NCBI GenBank assembly: GCA_964425545.1
Contig: CAYRMP010000001.1
Span: 1 to 34,112, forward strand
DNA: 34,112 nt
Source: an uncultured Methanosarcinales archaeon
Lineage (GTDB): Archaea > Nanobdellota > Nanobdellia > Woesearchaeales > GW2011-AR9
Direction of reading: 5' to 3'
In this document: positions 23,470-32,100 of the stretch, in pieces
Numbering within the stretch: the stretch's first letter is position 1
Layout of the letters: each line of letters begins with the position of its first letter
Made by a program: the position numbers and the translations under genes
Notes under the pieces: model-generated
Databases searched by the model: none
Told to the model about the DNA's origin: nothing
What the model saw: only the letters and a program-made list of their open reading frames with translations

Positions 23470-24240
23470 ATGGAATCTGAAAATAAGCCGTTCTTTCGCT
23501 TCCCGGCAGAAAAAGCATCTATTGGTGAATTGGAAGAAGGAGAGTATGTTGAAGAAAAAGAACAGAAACCTAATTATATAATTACTTCTGAAAACAAGAA
23601 AATATTTCGAATTAATGTCATAGCTACTTTGGTTCATAAAGAATTGCGTGGTTCTATTACTTCTATTCTTATAGACGATGGAACTGGAAAAATAATTGTT
23701 CGCATTTTTGAAGAAATGAAATCTGTTTTTAATTTGGAAGTAGGGGACGTAATACAAATCATAGGTAAAGTAAGAACATATAATAATGAAAAATATATTT
23801 TTCCTGAAATAATTAAAAAAACTAATCCGGCCTGGCTCAAAATAAGATTCTTGGAACTGCAAAAATCCAATCTTTTTGTGGGAAAAAAAAAAGAAGATCA
23901 TGAGATTTTACAAAAACTAAAAAAGGAAGGATTGGAGCTTAATGAACTTAATAACAAAGAAAACCAGAAAGAGCCGGTTCCATATAAGTTTTCACAAAAA
24001 AATATAACGCCGGGCGTAGAACTGTTTGAAGTGGTTAGTGAAGAAATAGAAGAAAACGATCCTTTGCTTCCTTTTGAAAAAATATCAAAACTTATAACTC
24101 AACTGGATAAAGGAGAAGGAGTCATGATTGAAGAAATCATAGAAAAATCTCCTTTGGAAAAAACTGAAGAATTAATAGAAAAAATGTTAGAAAATGGGGA
24201 CATCTTTCAAAATACTCCTGGAAGAGTAAGGCTTCTTTGA
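23470..24240 (+). CDS. RPA32/Stn1-like OB-fold protein with a C-terminal winged helix (putative ssDNA-binding/replication accessory factor)
   Basis: The OB core INVIATLVHKELRGSITSILIDDGTGKIIVRIFE...LEVGDVIQIIGKVRTYNNEKYIFPEII follows the RPA32/Stn1 pattern (v.ivG.V......t..lDDgTG.i.v......l..G.yv.v.G.v......i.....i). An acidic/Lys-rich linker follows. The C-terminal IEEIIEKSPL...MLENGDIFQNTPGRVRLL resembles the MCM C-terminal wH (LRRSGDVFEPKRGFVQRL). Confidence 0.5.
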   Translation: MESENKPFFRFPAEKASIGELEEGEYVEEKEQKPNYIITSENKKIFRINVIATLVHKELRGSITSILIDDGTGKIIVRIFEEMKSVFNLEVGDVIQIIGKVRTYNNEKYIFPEIIKKTNPAWLKIRFLELQKSNLFVGKKKEDHEILQKLKKEGLELNELNNKENQKEPVPYKFSQKNITPGVELFEVVSEEIEENDPLLPFEKISKLITQLDKGEGVMIEEIIEKSPLEKTEELIEKMLENGDIFQNTPGRVRLL

Positions 24241-24259
24241 TTTGTTTTTGTTATTTTTA
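24241..24259 (+). terminator. oligo-T terminator after the OB-fold gene
   Basis: TTTGTTTTTGTTATTTTTAC begins immediately after the TGA at 24238..24240. Confidence 0.4.
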
Positions 24260-24362
24260 CATATCAGTTCTTACTTATTAAAAAAAATAATCTACTAAAA
24301 TATTAAACTATCAAGAAATTACTTTCCATCGGAAGAAAAAACAGTGTATAGTTTATATTACA

Positions 24363-25229
24363 TTAAAATATTAAAGGAGTTATGTATACCTCTACTATTC
24401 CGGCCACTAACAAAAAACCAATGCTTATGAGAACAAGATCTAAAACATCAGCCATGATGGAATCGTAACTTAAATCTTTTTTAATTAAAGCCATAGAAAG
24501 TATTCCTCCTGCCAATCCGACGATAAAATAAGCAGTTATTTCTAAAATCCCGTGCAGCATGTACTTAAAAAAACTAAATGCTGCTGTACCTAAATAATTA
24601 GAAACAACAATTAAACCTGCTGAAGATGCTGCAGCAGCTAATTCGTTTTTCATTAGACTGCCGACTGCGGCCGCAATTACTGAAGCGTTCCAAATTAAGA
24701 TAAATAAAGATCCAGTTCCATATAAAAGAGAAAAAATAAGAGAAAAAAATAGTACTTTAAGATTATTTAAAAAAATTTTAACAAAAATATCTGATTTTAC
24801 TGCTTGTCCAGTTATATCATCGTTGATAATGTTTCCGCGAACATAATTATTTACATTTACTATGGCTTTATGCTGTAAATCAAACACAACATCAACTACG
24901 CCGTGAGGTAAAAAAACATAAGAAATTATTAATGCGGCAGTAACTCCTAAAAACATGAATAGTAAGAAAATTATAACTTTAGCGTGTTCTTGTAATAATT
25001 TCCATTCTCCTCCGTAATTTAAATCTAATTCTTCTTCACTTTTGACAGTAACATACATGGTTGGCAATATTGCAATAACAATAAGAAACACTGTTAAAAT
25101 GCCAGAAATCTCTTTGAAAACTAAATAAGATAGAAATAGGGCTATTATAGAATATACAAACCCTGCTATAAACATTTCCCATGGTTTTTTCTTTAATACT
25201 AGAGGGTTAAATATGTATTCAAGAACCAT
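24363..25229 (-). CDS. SpoIIM/DUF95 family integral membrane protein
   Basis: Multi-TM protein. FLNNLKVLFFSLIFSLLYGTGSLFILIWNASVIAAAVG and HGILEITAYFIVGLAGG match the two signature regions of the stage II sporulation protein M family. rc CTTTATATATTTT lies ~27 nt upstream of the ATG. Confidence 0.6.
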   Translation of the reverse strand: MVLEYIFNPLVLKKKPWEMFIAGFVYSIIALFLSYLVFKEISGILTVFLIVIAILPTMYVTVKSEEELDLNYGGEWKLLQEHAKVIIFLLFMFLGVTAALIISYVFLPHGVVDVVFDLQHKAIVNVNNYVRGNIINDDITGQAVKSDIFVKIFLNNLKVLFFSLIFSLLYGTGSLFILIWNASVIAAAVGSLMKNELAAAASSAGLIVVSNYLGTAAFSFFKYMLHGILEITAYFIVGLAGGILSMALIKKDLSYDSIMADVLDLVLISIGFLLVAGIVEVYITPLIF

Positions 25230-25309
25230 TACTCTTTATATTGAAATACAAAATATATAAAGATTCCTATGCAGTCTGAAAAAAATTCTTAATTTTCTTA
25301 TAATAGCAG

Positions 25310-25336
25310 CCCCACCCCTTTATTTCCTTTGGAGAA
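25310..25336 (-). repeat. ORB-like element with G-string (left flank, minus orientation)
   Basis: The reverse complement reads TTCTCCAAAGGAAATAAAGGGGTGGGG. By hand count, 18 of the first 23 positions match the right-flank element at 25980..26005. It is not positioned to act as an SD for any gene. Confidence 0.55.
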
Positions 25337-25427
25337 TTAGATTGTTAAGAAAATGAATGTCATGTTATGAATAAAGTTATATTATTAATAAGAAAATCAA
25401 ATAAAATAGTTTAATCATCTAAAAAAA

Positions 25428-25447
25428 GCGATTTCCTTTAGAACTAT
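25428..25447 (-). repeat. mini-ORB-like element (left flank, minus orientation)
   Basis: The reverse complement reads ATAGTTCTAAAGGAAATCGC. It shares the AAAGGAAAT core with the 25310..25336 element but has no G-string. Confidence 0.35.
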
Positions 25448-25868
25448 TTTTATTGTCAATTGTTTCTCATCATCTGTTTAGTTTTTGTTAAATGTAATCT
25501 TAATGATAAATTAAAGGTTAAATAATTCATGGTTTATTGATGTTTGTCAAGTTAATTTTCCTTCTTCTCATTTTCTTTTTGTTCTATTTATCTTTTTTAC
25601 ATATTTTTAATAGTTATTTACTAAGTATTTATTTTCTATATTGAAAATAATATAATAATAATAAGAATAAATAAGAATAATAATGAGAATAAAACAAAAC
25701 AGATTATTTAAGATATTAATAAAGAAATTAAAAATTGCATTTAACGATGTATTCATAAAAATGATAAATAAACACAAATAAACAATAACCCAAATATAAA
25801 AGAGAAAATATTTAGGAAAATATTAAAGTAAAATTGTTTTCCAAAGCAAGAGATAATTATTTATACTT

Positions 25869-25891
25869 ATTTCCACTAGCAACATAGGTGA
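25869..25891 (+). repeat. ORB-like element (right flank, plus orientation)
   Basis: ATTTCCACTAGCAACATAGGTGA. By hand count, 16 of 23 positions match TTTTCCATGAGAAACAAAGGGGT at 25980. Confidence 0.4.
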
Positions 25892-25979
25892 TAGAAAATC
25901 TAAGTATAAACCTATATCATCTATCTCCAAATTGTTTATTAACACTCAGCAAAGATCATCACTGTTTACAATTAACTGT

Positions 25980-26005
25980 TTTTCCATGAGAAACAAAGGG
26001 GTCAG
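25980..26005 (+). repeat. ORB-like element with G-string (right flank, plus orientation), abutting the orc1/cdc6 start
   Basis: TTTTCCATGAGAAACAAAGGGGTCAG has a TTCCA...GAAAC core followed by GGGG, as in published ORB architecture. Caveat: the GGGG lies 13-16 nt upstream of the ATG at 26017 and could instead be a distant SD. Confidence 0.5.
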
Positions 26006-26016
26006 AGTAATAAAAT

Positions 26017-27219
26017 ATGGTAGAAATAAAAAATTTTTTTGAAAATTATCTGAAAAAAGAGTCTATTTTCATAGATAAAAGGACCTTAATGCCTTCATAT
26101 ATGCCAGAAGAGATATTATATAGAGAAGAACAACTACAAGAAGTAGCTAATATTCTTGCTCCTATCCTTAGGATGGAAAAACCCTCAAATCTATTTATTT
26201 ACGGAAAAACAGGCACGGGCAAAACTATTTCAATTAAACACATCATTGTTTCTATGAGTAAAGTTGCAGCCCAGAATGCTCTTCCTTTAAAATGCATTTA
26301 CTTAAATTGTAAGTTAAAAAGAGTTGCCGACACAGAATACCGCCTAATTGCCCAATTAATCAAGGAATTTGGGCAGGAAATACCTTCTACCGGTCTTCCT
26401 ACTGATGAAGTATACAATATCTTTTACAAACTTCTTGATCGCGAGAAAAAGATAGTGCTTCTTGTTTTAGACGAAATAGACCAGCTTACTAAGAAAATAG
26501 GTGACGAAATCTTATACAATTTAACCAGGATAAATGTTGAATTACAAAAATCTCAAATATGTTTAGTGGGGATCTCAAATAACCTTGTTTTTACTGAAAA
26601 TCTTGATCCTAGGATTAAAAGCAGTTTATCTGAAGAAGAACTTATCTTTTCGCCTTATAACGCACTTCAAATCCAGGATATCTTGCGGAAAAGAGCAGTC
26701 ACTTCTTTTAAGGAAGGTGTTGTGCAGCCAGGGGTGATTGAAAAATGTGCCGCTTATTCTGCTCGAGATCACGGAGATGCTCGCAGAGCCATAGATCTGC
26801 TGCGAATAGCAGGAGAATTAGCAGAACGAAGCGGTTCACCGTTAGTTGAGATATGTCATCTTGACGAAGCTGAAAAGAAAATAGAATCAGATAAAGTAAT
26901 TAATGCTGCAACCAACCAACCCAAACAATTTCAGTCCGTGTTATATGCAATCTTGCTGATGGGTCCAAAAAAGAAAAATTTCTTTACGGGAGAAATTTAT
27001 GACGTCTACAAAAGCCTGTGCAAGCAAACAAAATTAAATGTTCTTACCCAGCGCCGTGTTTCTGACATAATCGCCGAAATGGATATGCTGGGGATTATCA
27101 ATGCCAAAATAATTTCTAAAGGGCGTTACGGCAGAACCAGAGATATTTCTTTATCCATTGATGAAAATTTAGTCTTAAAATTAAGAACAGTATTAGAAAA
27201 ATCATTACAATTAACTTAA
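26017..27219 (+). CDS. cdc6: Orc1/Cdc6 replication initiator
   Basis: N-terminal SIFIDKRTLMPSYMPEEILYREEQ; Walker A IYGKTGTGKT; Walker B LVLDEIDQL; sensor region GDARRAIDLLR; C-terminal winged helix. Confidence 0.95.
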   Translation: MVEIKNFFENYLKKESIFIDKRTLMPSYMPEEILYREEQLQEVANILAPILRMEKPSNLFIYGKTGTGKTISIKHIIVSMSKVAAQNALPLKCIYLNCKLKRVADTEYRLIAQLIKEFGQEIPSTGLPTDEVYNIFYKLLDREKKIVLLVLDEIDQLTKKIGDEILYNLTRINVELQKSQICLVGISNNLVFTENLDPRIKSSLSEEELIFSPYNALQIQDILRKRAVTSFKEGVVQPGVIEKCAAYSARDHGDARRAIDLLRIAGELAERSGSPLVEICHLDEAEKKIESDKVINAATNQPKQFQSVLYAILLMGPKKKNFFTGEIYDVYKSLCKQTKLNVLTQRRVSDIIAEMDMLGIINAKIISKGRYGRTRDISLSIDENLVLKLRTVLEKSLQLT

Positions 27220-27327
27220 AATCATTCACAAAAGTTAAATGCAATTTACGGGGCCTTAATAGATTACCTATTAATATGGTGCAAATCAGAACTTAAACGA
27301 TTTAATGGATCATAGAATATAAAAAAA

Positions 27328-29100
27328 ATGGAAAACCAACAAAAAATAATAGAAGACTTATTTGAAAAAGGGATATTAGCAAGCAAAGATATCTTAAACA
27401 AACAGGCAGACCTATTTTTAGCAAGCAATTTAGTTGGAAAATTAGAACAAGAAAGAGATTTACTGGTCCTGAATAATGATTATGTCGATATCGTTACTAA
27501 ACAAAAGAGCTTGGTTGATTGGTATGAGATGGATTTTTATCGTGTTCAGGCTGAAAAAGAACGCGACGATGAATTATATCAGGCCCAATTACAAGGTTTT
27601 AAACAGGTTGAATTGCAATTAAATAGTCCTAAAAATAACCCTAATTTTAGCCAAAAACAACAACTTACCAGTTCAGAATCAGAAATAGTCGCGGCTCCAT
27701 CTCCTGGAGAAGAAGAAAATATTTTTGTTTCTCCCTTTGCAACAGTTATCAAACCAACTTTTTCTGAAGCCTCAACTCTTCCAGAATTTTCTCCGGAATC
27801 ACTTCTTTCTTCTCCCGAATTAATTCCCCCCGCCTCATCTCCCTCTTGTGTGGAAATAATCATCTCTTACAAAAATGAAGCCCATAAATATGAAGTAAAA
27901 GATTTTACTCTTTTGTTCGCTTCCCGTTATCGTTTTTTAGAAAGTCTTTTACGGCAAAGGCAGGAGCTGCAAAATACCATGCCTATCAGCAGGATTTTAG
28001 GCAAGAAAGAAAAAGAAAATGTTTCTATCATTGCATTAATTGATGACATCAGCGAAACTAAGAATGGAAATATAATTTTAACTGCCGAGGATCTTACCGG
28101 AAGAATAAAAGTAATTTTTTCTAAAAATAAAAAAGAGTTATACCAAAAAGCAAAAGACCTGGTATTAGATGAGGTAATAGGCATAACTGGAGCTCTGGGA
28201 GACAAAATTATTTTTGGAGATGAGATTACTTGGCCGGATATTCCTGCCAACAACCAGCTTAAGAAAAGTGAGGTAGAAGAATATGCTATTTTTCTTTCCG
28301 ATATTCATATAGGTTCAAAACTTTTTTTAAAAGACGAATTTAACAAATTTTTACGTTGGATTAATGCTGAAGCAGGCAACTCCTCCCAAAAAGAAGCGGC
28401 TAAACTGGTAAAATATATTATTATTGCCGGTGATTTGGTCGATGGCGTAGGTATTTATCCTTCCCAGCAGGAAGAATTAGCTTTTCCCAATATTATGGAC
28501 CAGTATGAAGAATTTTCCAAACTTATTAAAAAAATACCCGCAGACAAACAGATTATAATTTGTCCAGGAAATCACGATGCAGTGCATTTAGCCGAACCGC
28601 AGTCTTCTTTCGATGAAAAATTTGCTCCAGGCTTATTTAAAATTCCAAATGTAACTCTGGTTACCAATCCTTCTTTGGTTAATATAGGAAAAACCAAAAC
28701 CTTTCCTGGTTTTGATGTGCTTTTATATCACGGCTATAGCTTTGATTATTATATAGCCAGCGTAGATTCAATTCGAAATAACGGGGGTTATCATCGTGCA
28801 GATTTAATAATGAAATATTTACTGAAACGCCGCCATCTGGCTCCATCATTCAAATCGACCCCGTATTTCCCGGGCCACAAAGAAGATCCCCTGCTTATAA
28901 AAAAAATACCAGATTTTTTTATCAGCGGGCACATACATTATTCCAATGTAGCTAACTACAAAGGAATCACTACTATTTCCGGCAGCTGCTGGCAAGGAAC
29001 AACAACCTTTCAAGAAAAATTAGGCCACCAGCCAGAGCCCGCCCGCGTTCCGTTAGTAAATCTCAAGACCAGAGAAGTTAAAGTCCTTAAATTCGGATAG
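27328..29100 (+). CDS. polB: DNA polymerase D (II) small subunit DP1
   Basis: Calcineurin-like phosphoesterase motifs FLSDIHIGS, IIAGDLVDG, CPGNHD, LLYHGYS and ISGHIHY. An N-terminal helical domain is followed by a Ser/Pro-rich linker. The gene lies immediately upstream of DP2. Confidence 0.9.
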   Translation: MENQQKIIEDLFEKGILASKDILNKQADLFLASNLVGKLEQERDLLVLNNDYVDIVTKQKSLVDWYEMDFYRVQAEKERDDELYQAQLQGFKQVELQLNSPKNNPNFSQKQQLTSSESEIVAAPSPGEEENIFVSPFATVIKPTFSEASTLPEFSPESLLSSPELIPPASSPSCVEIIISYKNEAHKYEVKDFTLLFASRYRFLESLLRQRQELQNTMPISRILGKKEKENVSIIALIDDISETKNGNIILTAEDLTGRIKVIFSKNKKELYQKAKDLVLDEVIGITGALGDKIIFGDEITWPDIPANNQLKKSEVEEYAIFLSDIHIGSKLFLKDEFNKFLRWINAEAGNSSQKEAAKLVKYIIIAGDLVDGVGIYPSQQEELAFPNIMDQYEEFSKLIKKIPADKQIIICPGNHDAVHLAEPQSSFDEKFAPGLFKIPNVTLVTNPSLVNIGKTKTFPGFDVLLYHGYSFDYYIASVDSIRNNGGYHRADLIMKYLLKRRHLAPSFKSTPYFPGHKEDPLLIKKIPDFFISGHIHYSNVANYKGITTISGSCWQGTTTFQEKLGHQPEPARVPLVNLKTREVKVLKFG

Positions 29101-29187
29101 TTAAAGTAAAAAAAATCAAAAGAAATTTAAAAAAATAAAAAAAAATAAAGATAACAAAATAAGTAAAATAATCAAAACAGAGTTAAG

Positions 29188-32100
29188 ATGAAAGCTTCCC
29201 CGCACATGCAACAATATTTTGATGACCTCGGACGAGGCATCCAGGAAGCCTACGAAATAGCGAAAGCTGCGCGCAAAAAGGGGCTGGATCCAGAAAATGA
29301 AGTATCCATCCCGCTAGCTAAAAATATGGCGGAAAGAGTAGTTGGTTTGATTTCAGTAGTAGCACCGCAAATAACCAATTCTAAAGTTACTGAAAGAATT
29401 ACCGAATTAGAAAAAGAATTTGGTCTTCTCGATTGGAGAGTGGGATTTAAGATTGCCGAAGAAGTCGCCCAGGAAAAACATTGTCAGTTTAAAGACAAAT
29501 TAGAAGCGATGGAAGTGGGGATAAGGGTGGGTTTTGCTTACCTTACTCTGGGGATAGTTTCTGCTCCGTTGGAAGGATTCATCGGCCTGAAAATTAAAAA
29601 AAGAAAAGACGGAAAAGAATATTTTGCTTTACAATACGCAGGGCCAATTAGGGGAGCGGGCGGAACGGCAGCATCTACTTCAGTGATTCTAGCTGACTAT
29701 GTGCGGATTAAAATGGGCTATCATCCCTACGATCCGGATGAAAGAGAAATAAATCGTTTCACTATCGAGATACAAGATTATCATGAAAGAGTCACCAATC
29801 TCCAATATCGGCCTTCCGACGAAGAAATAAAATTTATGGCCGCACATCTTCCGGTCGAAGTTGATGGCGATCCAACAGAAGAAATTGAAGTATCCAATTA
29901 TAAAGATATTCCGCGCATAGAAACCAATTTTATTCGAGGAGGGATGGCTTTAGTTATGGCTGAAGGCCTCTGCCAGAAAGCCCCAAAACTATGGAAGCGC
30001 CTTTCTAAATGGGGAAAAGATTTTGGTTTAGATTGGGGATTCATGAGCGAATTTTTGCAGTTAAAGGAAAAAATCCATGCCCAACATGCCGCCTCTAAAG
30101 ATAAAGAAAAAACAGCAGAAGCTAAAAAAGTTGTCAAAGCCAACAACACTTTTATCATGGATATGGTCGCCGGAAGACCCATCTTAACTTACCCTTTAGG
30201 TGTTGGCGGCCTAAGACTTCGCTATGGACGTACTCGTGTATCTGGGTTTTCTGCTGCAGGGCTGCATCCAGCTACGCTGATGGTGTTGGAAAAATATATT
30301 GCTATAGGAACCCAACTGAAAGTAGAACGCCCTGGAAAAGCAGCCACGGTTACCATTTGCGATACTCTCGATGGGCCCATCGTTCGTCTTAAAGATGGTT
30401 CTGTTTTGAAGCTTAACACCGAAGAAGAAGCCCGGCAAAACAATTCAGAAGTAGATGAGGTGCTTTTTTTGGGAGATATCATGTTTAATTACGGGGATTT
30501 TTCTGAAAACGGACATTACCTTGCTCCAGCAGGATACTGCCCTGAATGGTGGGCGCTGGAACTAGAAAAAGCCCTAAAACAAAAATATGAAAATAAATTA
30601 TCCTCTGCAGCCAAGGAATTGAAAATAGAACTAGAGCGTTTAGAAAAAATCTTATCTTCTCCTTTGTTCGAATTTCCTTCTTTTGAAGAGTCATTGTCTA
30701 TGAGCAGTAATCTTTCCATTCCCCTTCATCCAGAATATACTTTCTATTGGAAATTAGTCAGCGCAGAAGACGTTTTGACATTACTACGGTGGTTGAAACA
30801 GGGTAAAGTTAAGAAAGATGAAAAAGGAATAAAAAAAATAATTGCACCATATTACCAAAACCAGGAAATTCATCACAAAGGGAAAAAAATATTGGAGTTT
30901 CTCGGCGTTCCACACAGCGTCATCAACAAGGAAAATATAATTTTTGAACGGAAAGAATCTTCCGCTCTTGCTATTTGTTTTAACTTTGACGATCAAGCAG
31001 GATTAGAAAAAATAGAATTTTCACTCTCTCAGGAAAATCAGGAAAAAGACGGCTTGGAATTGATTAGTAAAATAAGCCCGATACTTCTTCGCGACAAAGC
31101 AGGAACCTTCATCGGCGCAAGAATGGGAAGACCGGAAAAAGCAAAAATGAGGCATCTTACCGGCAGCCCACAGGTCTTATTTCCGGTTGGCGACGAAGGA
31201 GATCGGCTGCGCAGTTTCCAATCCGCCATGGAAGCAGGTAAAGTGCAAGGTACTTTTCCCACGTTTTTCTGCAATAGCTGCAATAAGGAAATGATTTATC
31301 TCAGCTGTGAGGAATGCGGGAAAGAATGCATTAAAAAATATCATTGTAATTATTGCGGAGCTCTAGAAAAAGAAACTTGCCGCCACGGAAAATCTTTTTC
31401 TTACAAAAATACCGATCTAGACATAAAGTATTATTTTACTAAAGCCAAAGAAAGGTTAGGAGAAAAACTTCATGCTGACCTGATTAAGGGAGTTCGCAGC
31501 ACCACCAATAAAAATCACGTCGTAGAACACCTGGCTAAAGGGATTCTTCGAGCTAAACATGAAATTTATGTGAATAAAGAAGGAGCCACCAGATATGATT
31601 GCACCGAGCTCCCCATCACTCACTTTAAGCCAAAGGAAATCGGCACTTCAATAGGAAAGCTGCAAGAATTAGGATATCTCAAAGATATTCACGATCAAGA
31701 ACTTAGTAATGACAACCAGATCCTTGAACTGAAACCACAAGACATCATTCTTCCAGGATTTGATTCGTTGGATGAATCGGCTCCAAAAGTATTGAAAAGA
31801 GTTTCCCAATTCATCGACGATCTTTTGGTGCGTTTCTATGGATTAAAACCGTTTTATAATATCCAGAAAGAAGAAGAATTGGCCGGACATTTAGTTGTTG
31901 CCCTTGCACCGCACATTTCTGCCGGCCTAGTGGGAAGAATTATTGGTTCTTCCAAAACGCAAGGGTTACTAGCTCATCCTACTTTTCACGCTGGCCTTAG
32001 GCGCGATTGTGATGGTGATGAAGCAGCCGTAATGCTGCTGATGGATGCCCTGCTTAATTTCTCGCGGCAATTTCTACCCAACACCCGCGGATCAACTATG

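Larger units (their letters stand above)
25230..26016. other. predicted chromosomal replication origin (oriC) upstream of orc1/cdc6
   Basis: This 787-bp spacer is the longest non-coding stretch in the window. ORB-like repeats point in opposite orientations on its two flanks. A very AT-rich centre switches from T-rich (about 25540-25640) to A-rich (about 25640-25830) around the small dyad ATTTTC-TATATT-GAAAAT (25631..25648). It is directly adjacent to orc1/cdc6-DP1-DP2. Confidence 0.6.

Noticed and set aside
23021-23901. Minus-strand ORFs of 165 and 148 aa (23021..23518, 23455..23901) rich in F/K/N/I.
   Set aside because: They are antisense to the well-supported MCM 3' end and the OB-fold gene. 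Phe/Lys/Asn/Ile-rich translations are what AT-rich antisense frames produce.
24322-24345. CTTTCCATCGGAAGAAAAAACAG, a TTCC-ATC-GGAA palindrome resembling the ORB core, in the spacer between the convergent OB-fold and SpoIIM-like genes.
   Set aside because: It lacks a G-string and lies ~0.9 kb outside the AT-rich origin spacer. A short hairpin between convergent genes is equally well explained as a 3'-end structure. It is kept only as a possible outlying Orc1 site.
25640-25700. AAGAATAA / AATAATAA iterations (ATAATAATAATAAGAATAAATAAGAATAATAATGAGAATAAAAC) as a microsatellite or separate repeat family.
   Set aside because: I read this as low-complexity A-rich DNA forming part of the predicted origin unwinding region rather than a discrete repeat element.
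26001-26004. GGGG of the right-hand ORB-like element read as the Shine-Dalgarno of orc1/cdc6.
   Set aside because: Not fully rejected. The 13-16 nt spacing to the ATG is long for an SD, and the whole 23-nt element is mirrored on the far flank where no gene start exists, so the ORB reading is preferred.
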